A DNA stretch of 39,413 bases from a virus: the IMG/VR virus record IMGVR_UViG_3300002461_000236, positions 1 through 39,413 of that record. One strand, written 5' to 3'. How positions within the stretch are numbered: the first letter of the stretch is position 1; each line of letters starts with the position of its first letter. Both the position numbers and the translations under genes were made by a program. The notes beneath the pieces are model-generated. The model was not told the DNA's origin and searched no databases. It saw nothing but the letters and a program-made list of their open reading frames with translations. Positions 1 through 9,300 of the stretch are shown here, one piece after another.

Positions 1-94
1 CACTCCCTACGGAACGGTCGGCTGCTTTTGGCAATCGTCGCAGTCGTGGTGTGCCTCTACCAAAAGAACCCACTTCTGCATTTCTGTGCAGCTC
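1..94. repeat. Terminal direct repeat, left copy (identical to 39320..39413)
   Basis: The first 94 nt (cactccctacgg...ctgtgcagctc) recur exactly as the last 94 nt of the window. Confidence 0.95.
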
Positions 95-176
95 TCGATT
101 CTACGCAGCTTTATGCATACATGCATCAAATTTGAGTAAGCGAGGGTTGCACGGTTACCACGCTCAAGGAGCACCC

Positions 177-941
177 GTGTCTCTTATTTCTTTGGCCTAT
201 GAAGGCCACCCCATCACCATCCGCGATGACGGCTGGTTCAACGCTACCCAGGCCGCGCACCCGTTCAAAAAGGAACCGTTCGACTGGCTCGTGCTGCGCG
301 AAACCATGACCTATGTTGCAGCGCTCGCAAAGCGATCAGGCAATTCCGGCTTTTTGCAGGAGTTCAACAAAATCAAAGACTTGGACGCAAAGTCGCCCAA
401 ATCCAAAAGGTTGCTACTTGCACTCGGTAAGGCCAGCGGGTACATCCGCACCAAGGCCGGGTCGCCGGAAAATGGCGGCGGAACCTGGCTTCACCCCAAG
501 CTGGCCGTGCCGTTTGCTCGCTGGCTTGACGTTGAATTCTCGCTTTGGTGTGACGAACAGATCGACAACATCATCAGGGGGAAACAAGACTGGAGCCGCA
601 TGCGCCACATGTCTGTCGCATCAGCCAAGCTACTGGCAGCCACGGTGAAGGAAAGCCGCGATGCAGACGGGAAGGAAACCGCTGACGTGCACTACATGTG
701 CGAGCACAAGCTGGTCAACTGGCTGCTGACCGGCGAATTCAAGGGACTCAACCGCGACCAGCTTGCCGGGTGGCAGCTTGATTTCTTGGGACACTTTGAC
801 CTGCGGGACAGCATGCTGATGGCACGCGGGGCAACTTACGACAAGCGCAAGGAATTGCTGGCAGTCGAAGCTGCAGCCTGGAAAGCGAAAAACGCTCACC
901 GAATCACTGGGTCCAACGACCCTGACGCCATCGCCGCGTAA
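177..941 (+). CDS. KilA-N domain protein (anti-repressor/ANT-type candidate)
   Basis: The ORF track gives 51..941. I prefer the in-frame GTG at 177, which has AAGGAG (166..171) 5 nt upstream. The motif GGTWLHPKLAVPFARWLDVEFSLWCDEQI is typical of the KilA-N DNA-binding domain. A terminator follows. Confidence 0.75.
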   Translation: MSLISLAYEGHPITIRDDGWFNATQAAHPFKKEPFDWLVLRETMTYVAALAKRSGNSGFLQEFNKIKDLDAKSPKSKRLLLALGKASGYIRTKAGSPENGGGTWLHPKLAVPFARWLDVEFSLWCDEQIDNIIRGKQDWSRMRHMSVASAKLLAATVKESRDADGKETADVHYMCEHKLVNWLLTGEFKGLNRDQLAGWQLDFLGHFDLRDSMLMARGATYDKRKELLAVEAAAWKAKNAHRITGSNDPDAIAA

Positions 942-949
942 TCACCACC

Positions 950-972
950 AGCCACCTCCGGGTGGCTTTTTT
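950..972 (+). terminator. Rho-independent terminator after the KilA-N gene
   Basis: AGCCACC-tccg-GGTGGCT stem-loop followed by TTTTTT. It lies between convergent genes. Confidence 0.8.
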
Positions 973-975
973 GCG

Positions 976-1158
976 TCAGTCAATCCGCGGCGCCGGCCCA
1001 TCGTCCCGCACTGGGTAACACCCGCGCCCCACCCTTTCCTGCAGCTCGCGCGCCTGCTCGCGCTGGGTGCGGCGCCTGCGATCTTCAACCTGTTTTGCCG
1101 TTCGGCGGCTTCGCTGGGCGCCGCCCACGTCTTGGTCGGGGTAGCGCCAGGCGGTCAT
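976..1158 (-). CDS. Small basic hypothetical protein at the end of the lysis cassette
   Basis: 60-aa ORF whose ATG overlaps the Rz stop (ATGA). Third-position GC is high, as in neighbouring genes. No recognisable family. Confidence 0.45.
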   Translation of the reverse strand: MTAWRYPDQDVGGAQRSRRTAKQVEDRRRRTQREQARELQERVGRGCYPVRDDGPAPRID

Positions 1159-1712
1159 TGGGCAGCCCCGGCCTGGCGGCGGTCTTCAATGTCAAGGATC
1201 TGATTCACCTGGCTGGCCAGTTCGTCATACCTCACTTTGCAGGTGGCGATCCAGTCTGCGGTGTCTCGCTCGCTTGCGTATCCACTGGCAGGGGCGTCAG
1301 CTTGAGCGGGGGCAGCGGCTGCGGGCGCACTCGCAGGCTTGCTGGCAGGGGTTCGTAGGCCGAGGCCACCGGTGGCGGCCCCGAGGTTGTTGAGCATGCC
1401 GACAGTGCCAGCATCGAGGCACTGGCGAGTAGCAGACAAGGTAGCGATGCGCGCACGGGCGTCTCCCAGTTGGGTGGATAGGGTTGCCAGCCTGGCGGCG
1501 TGCAGTCCGCTGGCGGCGTCGTTGAACTGGCGCTGCTGCCTGGCGTCGGTGTCGCGCGCCTCACGCTCAATGCGCTCAACCTCGGCGCGCTGCTCGGCTT
1601 CGGCTTTGGTGTTGGCCTGCCAGCGCCACTCTTGCACGCGGTAGGTGCCGACGCTGGCCAGAGCAGCGGCCACCAGGGCGGTGGCGGCGTACTTGTAGAG
1701 GCCGGCGATCAT
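1155..1712 (-). CDS. Rz: i-spanin (Rz-like)
   Basis: Internal start MIAGLYKYAATALVAAALASVG (N-terminal TM) overlaps the endolysin stop (ATGA). The rest is charged, coiled-coil-like and Ala/Arg/Gln-rich. An Rz1-like ORF is embedded in another frame. Confidence 0.8.
   Translation of the reverse strand: MIAGLYKYAATALVAAALASVGTYRVQEWRWQANTKAEAEQRAEVERIEREARDTDARQQRQFNDAASGLHAARLATLSTQLGDARARIATLSATRQCLDAGTVGMLNNLGAATGGLGLRTPASKPASAPAAAAPAQADAPASGYASERDTADWIATCKVRYDELASQVNQILDIEDRRQAGAAQ
1232..1456 (-). CDS. Rz1: o-spanin (Rz1-like lipoprotein) embedded in Rz
   Basis: GTG at 1456 preceded by GGGAGA with a 5-nt spacer. Signal peptide VRASLPCLLLASASMLALSAC carries the lipobox L-S-A-C. The mature part is Pro-rich. 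The ORF lies entirely inside the Rz gene in an alternative frame. Confidence 0.7.
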   Translation of the reverse strand: MRASLPCLLLASASMLALSACSTTSGPPPVASAYEPLPASLRVRPQPLPPLKLTPLPVDTQASETPQTGSPPAK

Positions 1713-2257
1713 TGCAACACCGCCTTTGCAGCCTCGTGCAGCGCCAGGCGATCCGCAAGCCCATTGGTGCCGCCGTTGATGCGTTTCGTGATGGTCAGGA
1801 AATCGCCTGCATCTGCGAATGCGTTCAGCTTGCGGCTGTTCCAGTACCACGCAGCGCTCATGGCTGCAAGGTCTGGGCGCTCCAGCAAGGCGGGCACCGC
1901 CTCCAGGTCTGGCACATCGGGCATCCATGCACGCAGGCCGTCGCGTGTTGCGCAGTAGTTGGCTCGGCCGGTGGTCTGAATCAGGCCACGACCCATGTAG
2001 CGCTTTCCATCGCCCGGCTGGGTGTTGCCCAGATCCGCCCTGCCCTCATACCGCAGTTGCGCGGGCGTTGGGCCCCAGATTTCGCGCACATACGCCAGAC
2101 GGCCAGACTCGTGCCCGATCTGGGCCAGAAAGGCCGCCAGCCGGGCCGGTGTGTTGATTGCGAAGGTTTCGCAGGCCCTGGTGATGTGCGGCAGCCATTC
2201 ATCTGCTCGGGAGGCAGTGCAGCCGGTGGCTGCGCGCAGTTGCTGGGCAGTGAGCAT
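1709..2257 (-). CDS. Endolysin, glycoside hydrolase family 19 (chitinase-like)
   Basis: Motifs AAFLAQIGHESG, YMGRGLIQTTGRANY, AAWYWN and ITKRINGG are characteristic of GH19 phage endolysins. Confidence 0.9.
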   Translation of the reverse strand: MLTAQQLRAATGCTASRADEWLPHITRACETFAINTPARLAAFLAQIGHESGRLAYVREIWGPTPAQLRYEGRADLGNTQPGDGKRYMGRGLIQTTGRANYCATRDGLRAWMPDVPDLEAVPALLERPDLAAMSAAWYWNSRKLNAFADAGDFLTITKRINGGTNGLADRLALHEAAKAVLQ

Positions 2258-2258
2258 T

Positions 2259-2588
2259 TCAGCCCTCCTTTACTCGAGTGCGGACGATGAGCACCGCAAA
2301 CCCCAACGCGATGCAGGTATCTTGCAGCGTGGGCGGGTGCGACGGGATGAGCAGCGGCCACAGGGCGCCTATCGCCTGCAGGTGCAGCACGGGAATCAGC
2401 GGGGCCACGATGGCGCCTGCGCCGCCCAACGCCAGCAGCAGCCAGGCCAGCGCTTTGAGCCATTCGGTAGCGCGCTCGCGCGGCCGCAGTCCACGGCGGC
2501 AGGGGGCGGTGCGCTCCAGTTTGTTGAGGGCTTCGGCCAGCACCAGCACGCCCGCGGCCCAGTGGATGAATTGCAGGGCATCGGTCAT
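2259..2588 (-). CDS. Holin/antiholin-like small membrane protein
   Basis: 109 aa with about three hydrophobic helices. The start overlaps the upstream stop (ATGA). It sits immediately upstream of the endolysin. Confidence 0.65.
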   Translation of the reverse strand: MTDALQFIHWAAGVLVLAEALNKLERTAPCRRGLRPRERATEWLKALAWLLLALGGAGAIVAPLIPVLHLQAIGALWPLLIPSHPPTLQDTCIALGFAVLIVRTRVKEG

Positions 2589-2998
2589 TGCGCGGCCCCC
2601 GGGGTTTGCGCGGTCGCGGGCGTGCCGCTCAGGCGCTTGATGGCAAATAGCAGCACTTGCTGGGCGCCACCGCCCACCGCAAAGGCGCCGCCCAGCAGCA
2701 ATGCCTCGGGCAGCTGGGCCACCAGCATGGCCAGCGGCGTGAGGTAGCCGGCGGTGAGGCTGCTGGCGCAGGCCACAAACATCCGGCGCAGCGTGGTGCG
2801 CAGCAGCTCGCGCCAGGTGTCGGCAGAGCCGGGCACGGCGTTGAGCAGGATGATGGCGACCAGGCTGCCAGCAAACCCGGCGATCAGCAGGTCAGCCCGC
2901 AGGCCGAGGGAGATACCCAGCACGCTGATGGCCGAGCTGGACGCGGCGGCCACGGCCACGGTGGCGGCTGCGGCGCCGGATGAGGTGGGTTCAGGCAT
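2585..2998 (-). CDS. Holin-like multi-TM membrane protein
   Basis: I chose the internal ATG at 2998 (MPEPTSSGAAAA...), which overlaps the upstream stop (TGATG). The long N-terminal extension in the ORF track (to 3169) overlaps the preceding gene. The protein has several hydrophobic segments. Confidence 0.65.
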   Translation of the reverse strand: MPEPTSSGAAAATVAVAAASSSAISVLGISLGLRADLLIAGFAGSLVAIILLNAVPGSADTWRELLRTTLRRMFVACASSLTAGYLTPLAMLVAQLPEALLLGGAFAVGGGAQQVLLFAIKRLSGTPATAQTPGAAQ

Positions 2999-3471
2999 CA
3001 GCACGGCCTTTCGCTCTGCTGCCACTTGCCGGCCGCGATGTTGTCGGGGTAACGACTGGCCAGCAGCGCCGCCAGACCATTGGGGCCAAAACGCCAGGGG
3101 TCGCGCAGCTTGAGGGCAGCGGCCATCGCCTCGCTGCAAAACCAGCCACGCTCGCTGTCGGACAACCAAGGCAGCACAAATCGCACATTGCCCATGAGGT
3201 CGTACGGCGCGCCCTGGTTGAACTCGAACCAGCTTCGCGCGTAGTCTTCGGCCTGCGCGTTGCCGGGCAAGTCGACCATGTCCCAGTGGTCCGAACCGTA
3301 GTCAATCCGCTTGAGCCGCACACCGCCATCGATGTAGCTGGCGCTGCCGCTCATGCCGTCGGCAAACACCAGCTCGCAATGGCTGTACGGCCCGCGGTCG
3401 ATCAGCCGCACCAGACGGCTGTAGATGCCCTGCGCACCCGGGCGCGTCGCTTTGTAGAAGGCGGCGCGCAT
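2998..3471 (-). CDS. Permuted papain-fold (NlpC/P60 superfamily, YiiX-like) putative amidase
   Basis: The His-before-Cys arrangement (GPYSHCELVF ... GWFCSEAMAAAL) resembles permuted papain-like amidases. The gene lies between the fibre genes and the holins. Confidence 0.45.
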   Translation of the reverse strand: MRAAFYKATRPGAQGIYSRLVRLIDRGPYSHCELVFADGMSGSASYIDGGVRLKRIDYGSDHWDMVDLPGNAQAEDYARSWFEFNQGAPYDLMGNVRFVLPWLSDSERGWFCSEAMAAALKLRDPWRFGPNGLAALLASRYPDNIAAGKWQQSERPC

Positions 3472-3474
3472 GGA

Positions 3475-3900
3475 TCAGCCGCCCCGGAAGCGTTCGATCT
3501 CTTGCACGGGTGCGTCAAGAATCTGCAGCGCACGGCCAGCGGCGATCAGGCCAGCGGCCTCCAGCGCCTGCACGCCCGCCCGAAGGTCTGCGCGGTCCAG
3601 ATCGACGAAGGTCGCCCCCTCTTGGTCTTTGAGGTCCGCGCGCAGCGCTGCGGACTGCTGGCGCTGCGCCAGGCTCGCCGCAGGGTTGTCGAGCGCGGCC
3701 ATTTCGAGCGCGACCTTTTCAGCACGCGTGAAGCGGTTGCGGAACCCCAGCTTTGTGATGTGGCGAACGACTACTGCAGTGGGTGCTGATGGCTCTGGAG
3801 CCACACGGTATGCATCAGGCGCAAAGTTCTCGGCCATGAATTCCGGGCTCGCAATGATGGTGTTGACCACCATGCCGCTCTCAATGATTTCGTATTTCAT
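3475..3900 (-). CDS. Hypothetical protein (possible fibre assembly/chaperone, by position only)
   Basis: 141-aa ORF directly downstream of the glycine-rich fibre gene. Good codon bias. No motif recognised. Confidence 0.6.
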   Translation of the reverse strand: MKYEIIESGMVVNTIIASPEFMAENFAPDAYRVAPEPSAPTAVVVRHITKLGFRNRFTRAEKVALEMAALDNPAASLAQRQQSAALRADLKDQEGATFVDLDRADLRAGVQALEAAGLIAAGRALQILDAPVQEIERFRGG

Positions 3901-3909
3901 TTCTCCCCC

Positions 3910-4725
3910 TTATGCCTGCCATTCGATAAAGACGCCGCCAGCGCCGCCGCTGTTTCCCAGCCCACCGCTACCCCCGTTGATCCACCCACCACCGCCACCG
4001 CCTCCGAACAAGCCGCCTGGGCCAGCCTGCCCCGAGTTCTGCCCCCCTCCACCGCCGGCAAAGAACCCCCCGGCAGCGTTGCCACCACCTCCACCGCCCG
4101 CCTCCCCGGCAATAAAGGTCACGCCGCCGCGACCGAGTGGCTGCAAAAGCCGTCCAGCGCCAAAAGGAATGCCGAAGGTAGGAGCAACGGAGGGGAGGCC
4201 AAGCCCATCACTCGAACTAAGCGCGCCGCCACCGTTGGTTCCGATGGATGGGCCGCCAACACCCGCTCCGCCCGTTTGGTTGGGTGTGGCGCTTGAATAC
4301 CCAACGCCATACACCCCAACAGCTCCACCGCCGCTCCCTGCGCTGTTGCCAGATGCCCCACCAGCGGTATTGCGAACGTTGCCGCCACTTGCGGCTCCGC
4401 CCGCTGTTGATGTACCGCCGCCAGCGGTCAAACTGAGTCCGGTCGCTGTCGCCGTCGTCTGCCCCCCAGCCGCACCATTTGATGCGCCCCCAGCACCTAC
4501 AGTGAAGGTCACCACCGTGCCAGCCGTGAGCCGCACCTTGGACTGGGCAAGTCCACCGGCGCCCCCACCGCGTCCGTTGTTCAAACCAGCCGCGCCGCCA
4601 CCAATGGCAGTGATCAGATAGTCGCCAGTTACAGGCGCCGTAAAGCTGCCGGATGCCGAAAAGACTCGCTGCTCCGGGATGCCTCCCCCGGTGCGAGTGC
4701 CAAAGAGTTCGCTTGCTGCTGTCAT
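3910..4725 (-). CDS. Glycine-rich tail fibre-like protein
   Basis: 271 aa dominated by GGxGG/GGGGG runs and ending in GGAGGVFIEWQA. This composition is typical of glycine-rich phage fibre domains. The antisense frame gives the proline-rich shadow ORF 3470..4621. Confidence 0.65.
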   Translation of the reverse strand: MTAASELFGTRTGGGIPEQRVFSASGSFTAPVTGDYLITAIGGGAAGLNNGRGGGAGGLAQSKVRLTAGTVVTFTVGAGGASNGAAGGQTTATATGLSLTAGGGTSTAGGAASGGNVRNTAGGASGNSAGSGGGAVGVYGVGYSSATPNQTGGAGVGGPSIGTNGGGALSSSDGLGLPSVAPTFGIPFGAGRLLQPLGRGGVTFIAGEAGGGGGGNAAGGFFAGGGGGQNSGQAGPGGLFGGGGGGGWINGGSGGLGNSGGAGGVFIEWQA

Positions 4726-5403
4726 TTAGATAAGCCCTCGTGTCGTGTCTTCGTAGTACAAATCCAGGCCAAAACGCTCGACATCGATCTCCAGCGTCCC
4801 GGCTGCCCAGCCGCGCAAAGGTGTGGTGCCAAAGTTCCACACCCCACCTGTGGCGCCAGTCATCCAGCGCGCTCCGTGAAAGTCCCCTTTCAAGAAGCTG
4901 GCGGGGGCAACGAGCGTCACGTTGTTGGCCGCCACGATGTAGCGCACGCCCACCACCGCGTTGACCGTTGCACCAGCCGTGCTGAGCAGCTGGCTGGGCA
5001 CAATGCCGACATCCAGCGCCGCCCAGCTGGCCGAAACGCCCGGCACTGCCGTGGTGACGTTGGCCAGGTTCGCCAGCAGTACCCAGAAGCGGCCCGAGTG
5101 GCGCACGCAGGCGGGCATGGCAAGGGCGCCAGTCAAGTCGCTCCAGTTGCCCTTGAAGTTGGCCGCGCTGGCGGCCACCGATGCGGCCTGGGATGCGGCC
5201 ACCGATGCGCCAGCGGCTGCGGCGGCGTCTTCGCTGGCGCTGAGTGCGTTGGTGTGCGCCGCGTCTGCAATGGCCTTGATGCCAGCAACCGCGCCAGGCA
5301 TGGCCGTGCCCACCGCATAGGCATCTGCATTGAAGGTTGGGCTGCCCAGCGGTGGGTAGGCGGGTACCACTGGCGCCGCGGGAACGGCTACGGGGGTTGT
5401 CAT
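4726..5403 (-). CDS. Tail fibre / receptor-binding candidate
   Basis: Ala/Pro-rich N-terminus followed by FKGNWSDLTG...VRHSGRFWVLL, a motif style common in phage fibre proteins. The gene is abutted by its neighbours. Confidence 0.55.
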   Translation of the reverse strand: MTTPVAVPAAPVVPAYPPLGSPTFNADAYAVGTAMPGAVAGIKAIADAAHTNALSASEDAAAAAGASVAASQAASVAASAANFKGNWSDLTGALAMPACVRHSGRFWVLLANLANVTTAVPGVSASWAALDVGIVPSQLLSTAGATVNAVVGVRYIVAANNVTLVAPASFLKGDFHGARWMTGATGGVWNFGTTPLRGWAAGTLEIDVERFGLDLYYEDTTRGLI

Positions 5404-6356
5404 GTGTTTCCTTTCAGTTGCAGCGCCACTTCGGCCGTGGTCCAGCTGGTGGTGCGGATGGAGCCGGTGACCTTGGCGACGGTGGCCAGGTGGCTGTACT
5501 TGGGCAGGTCGCTCACCTCTACGGCCACGGCCTTGCCCAGAATCTGGTCGAGCAGGGCTTTGGCGGCAGGCGCCTGGTCTGCATCAATGACGCAGCTCAA
5601 ATTGATGTTGGTGGACTTGCGGCCGGGCACATCGACATAGGTGCCGTCTTCGTAGTCCTTGGTGTAGCCGTAGTCTTTGGTGCTGGCCTCCAGGCCGTAC
5701 TGGGCGCCGCCCGTGCCGTTTTGCTGGGGGGCCAGCAGGCGCTTCCAGGTGCCCACGCTGATGAAGCCGATGGCGGCCTCGACGCTGCCCGTGTTGCGCG
5801 ACACGGTGATGGTGATCTCTGTGGACGGGTGCAGCGGCAGGTCTTTGAGCGTGTAGTACGTGCCGCGCTGCAGGTCGCCGAACAGGTATTCGAACTCGCC
5901 AAAAGCCTGCTGCCAAAGCTCCAGCGCCACCGGGGGGATCAGGTCAGCCCCGCCAGCGCCCGCCTTCACGGCAATGCTGATCGCGTCGCCTTCAATGCCG
6001 TAGATGGCCAGGCCAGTGGCAAAGGGCACGTTCAGTACGTAGGTGACCGAGCCCGTGCGCCGCGCCTTCGTGAAAAGGTACTTGTCGAAGGGCGCCATGC
6101 GGTTGGTGGGTGCACCTTCGTTCTTGAGCCAGAAAGGGGCTGCAGCCGTGGTGCCCGGCGTGTAGGTGTTGGCTGGCGCGCCTGTGATGGCCTGCACGCA
6201 TTCGTAGGTGTAGCCATCCCACACGCGCCGCTGGCCCACCGTGAAGGTGCCGCCTGTGGCCCACAGCACCTCGCCCACCGCGGCGTCCACCACGGGGATG
6301 TTGGTGCCAGCGCCGATCATTGCGGCGGTGATGGTCTTGGGTAAAAGGATGTTCAT
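5400..6356 (-). CDS. Distal tail / tail-tip protein (by position)
   Basis: 318 aa. The ATG overlaps the tape-measure stop (ATGA). It is the first gene after the tape measure. No family recognised. Confidence 0.55.
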   Translation of the reverse strand: MNILLPKTITAAMIGAGTNIPVVDAAVGEVLWATGGTFTVGQRRVWDGYTYECVQAITGAPANTYTPGTTAAAPFWLKNEGAPTNRMAPFDKYLFTKARRTGSVTYVLNVPFATGLAIYGIEGDAISIAVKAGAGGADLIPPVALELWQQAFGEFEYLFGDLQRGTYYTLKDLPLHPSTEITITVSRNTGSVEAAIGFISVGTWKRLLAPQQNGTGGAQYGLEASTKDYGYTKDYEDGTYVDVPGRKSTNINLSCVIDADQAPAAKALLDQILGKAVAVEVSDLPKYSHLATVAKVTGSIRTTSWTTAEVALQLKGNT

Positions 6357-9300
6357 GCTGGCACGGGCTGGTTACGCAGGGCGCTGCCGCCTGCGGTGAC
6401 GCTGTCGAACTGGTCGGCCAGCTGGGGCATTGCTGCTGTGTTGCGGGCGGTGTTGGCCATTTCGTCTTTCAGCACCTGCATGTCGGCACGCAGGGCGCGC
6501 AGCTCTGCCACCACATCGGCATTGCCGCCACCCAAAGCGCCAGCCAGCTGCTCCTGGTTCCAGATGCGGGCGGGGCCTGTTGCCTCTACCTCCCAGCCGC
6601 GCTCGCCCACCAAGCGCAATCCCCCGGTGTGCATGCCCCCCGTGGCAAAGCCCGGAACCTTGCCCAGCAGACCGCGCCGGTAGAGATCCAGCTCGGCATC
6701 GGTCATCTGGGATGTGGAGCCGTCTGCGTATGTGCGCAGCCCGGTGTCGCTGATGGTGGTTTTGCCCGGCGATGCTGGCGTGGTGCCAGTAGGTCCCCAT
6801 ACCGCACCGCTCGAACCGCCCGAGCCCTGGGCCTGACTGCCTGGCGCAATTCCACGGCGGTAAAGGTCCAGCTCGCCTGGCGTCATCTGGTAGGTTGACC
6901 CGTCGGCATAGGTGCGCAGCCCGGTTGGGCTGACGGTGTAACCAGCCTGGGGCGACACAGTGCCCGATGCCCCAAACACACCGCCCGATGAACTGCCACC
7001 GCCGCCCCCGGAAATCTTGTCTGGCGCCTTGAGATTGGTCTCAGGGAACATGAGCGCTGTGAGTTCCTTGATCGCCTGGGTAACGGTCAGCGTGGCGTCT
7101 AGGTTGCCATTCGCAATGTCGATCTGCTTGCGCCAATACTCCAGCGTTTCGTCGAGCAGCTTGGTCTGGTCCTTGATGGCGTTGATCTGGCGCTCGGCAT
7201 CGCTGAGCTGCTTGCCCACCAGGCCCTCCAGTTCGGCCAGCTGGCCGGCCAGCACCAGGCGGTCGCGGTCGCGGGCGAACTGGGTGGAGTAGGCGCCCGT
7301 GTCGAACCCACCGCGCGCGGCATCGATGGCCTGGGCGATCTGGTCCGAATCGGGCAGGTAGCCAGTACGGCGCGCCACATCGAGCGCATCGGTGATGAAG
7401 GCGTTGCCCTGCGCCGCGCCCATGGCACGGGTGCTATCCACCTCGTTGTACAGGTCGCGCACGTTGCTGCGCAGCACATCGAACAGGCCCGAGAGGTTGT
7501 CGGCCAGTTCTTGCGCCACCTGCAGCTGGGCGTCGAGCACCTTCTTTTCTTCGGAGATGGCGCGCTCGAGCGCACGGTAAGCCTTGTCGCGAGCATCGGC
7601 CGCCTCGCGGGCCACGCGGGCCGCGATTTCTTCTGCTGACTCATTGAGTTCGGCAAAGGCGCCCGACAGTTCGATCAGCGCGGCTGCCGTCTTGCCGGCG
7701 TCTTTGCCCAGGCCCAGCACTTCGGAGTTGGCATTGATGAGGCCCTCGATGCTGGCCTGCATGTCGCCCGGCTTGAGGTCGCTTGCGGCCACGGCGCTGA
7801 CGCTGGCCAGGAAGGCATTGAGCCGCGCCTGCTCTTTCGGATCTGCATTGGGCTTGTTGCCGATCAGCGCGGGATCGATGCCGTCGAGCAGGCCCACCTT
7901 GCCAAGGTCTGTGATGCTGATGGGTTTACCACCGGAGACCAGGTCTGCGATGCCCTTGCCAGCGGTAGCCACCAGGTTGTCGCGATTCTTGCGCTGCACC
8001 TCTACCTGGTTGAGCTGGTCGGTGATGAGGCCGCGCAGCTCATCACGCGAGCCGGGCGTTTTGATACCCAGCTCGGCAAAGCGCTTGTCGAGGTCGGCCT
8101 TTTGCTTGGCCTTGCGCTCTTCCTCGGTGTAGTAGTTCTGGTAGTAGTCTTTTGTGAGGGCGGCCATGCGCTCGAGCCCGCCGAAGGCGTCGGCCAGGGC
8201 GCTGGCAGCGTCGGCACCCGACAGGCTGGCATCCAGCAGCGTGACGCCCAGGGTGCTGAAAGCATCGTTGACGGTGGAGAGGCTGGTGGCCAGGCGCGTC
8301 AGGGTATCAATCGCCTTTTCGCCTTCGCGGGCGTACTCGCTGGCCACGTAGCGGGTGCTGGTGCGGGTGTCGTCCACCTCGCTGTAGATCGTGCTGCGGT
8401 CTTCGCCCTCGGTACCCACGTTCTCCGACACGATGCGGGTGCCGCGCGTGGTGGTGGTGACAAACTTGCCGATGACCTGCTGGGCCAGCTCGTTGTTGGC
8501 CGTGGCCAGCGCCTCGGAAATCTTGGCGGCGATCTGGTCACCGTTGAGGCCCTCGAAGTTCAAGCCTTTGCCGTCTGCACCGCCCAGCGTGGTGGTGAAG
8601 GCACGCACCGCCGCAGAACCCAGGCCCAGCACGTCGGCCATGTCGCCCACGTTCGTGCGCAGTGCATCGTAGGCGCTTTGGATGGCCTTGGACTGCTTTG
8701 CGGTCTGGTCGGCCAGGTCGCCGTATTCGGCCTCGAGCTTGTCCACGATCATCTGCAGGGTGGAGGCCTGCTGCGTGTTGCCCTGCCCCGAGTCCTTGAG
8801 GGCCTGCAGTTGCTTGCGGCGGGCCTCCAGTTCGGCCACCGGGTTGATGGTGCTGTAGCTGGGGCCACTGAACAGGGTGCCACCCTCGCGCCACTCCTCA
8901 AACGGCGAGAGGTCGCCTTTGCCCAGCGTGCCCATGAGGCCGCTCCCGACCCGGCGCTCGCTGCGGAAGGCGCCCAGGGCGTTGAGCACTACGGCGGCGA
9001 TGGCAGCCGCAGCCGCAGCCGGCATCGCAGCCGATGCCCATGGGCTTGCCGCACCAGCGCCCGCCCCCGCCGTGCCGTACGCGCCATTGGTGGCCAGCAG
9101 GCCATCAATGCCAAGGCCGGTGGCGTTGCCGTACACAGAGCCCAGCACGTTCGCGCCCGACATCGTGCCCGACAGGTACTGGCTGCCCAGGGTGTAGAGC
9201 TGCTTGCCGCCGTTGAACAGGCTGAAAGCGTTGCTGGCGGTGCTGACTGCCGATGCCCCGGCACCGATGGCGCCAACGGCCCCACCTGCAGCGCCACCAC

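Noticed and set aside
76-91. Third LexA-like site, CTGCATTTCTGTGCAG, upstream of the KilA-N gene.
   Set aside because: It fits only CTG-N10-CAG. Both of the most conserved flanking positions (CTGT/ACAG) are changed, so it may simply be the inverted repeat CTGCA-N6-TGCAG. Kept as a note only. The ATGCATacATGCAT palindrome at 113..126 is likewise unassigned.
1-94. The 94-bp terminal repeats as attL/attR of an integrated prophage.
   Set aside because: The only recombinase is a large serine integrase, which exchanges strands at a 2-bp core and does not generate long direct repeats. The repeat is not tRNA-like. The gene order is continuous across the junction (LexA-box gene, then KilA-N gene).
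51-176. N-terminal extension of the KilA-N ORF from the GTG at 51.
   Set aside because: The extension lies partly within the terminal repeat and intergenic region, has poor codon bias and no SD. The GTG at 177 has a strong AAGGAG and coincides with the start of the KilA-N domain.
3470-4621. 383-aa proline-rich plus-strand ORF.
   Set aside because: It is the exact antisense of the glycine-rich fibre gene (GGN codons read as NCC). It has no independent start signals and overlaps three minus-strand genes.
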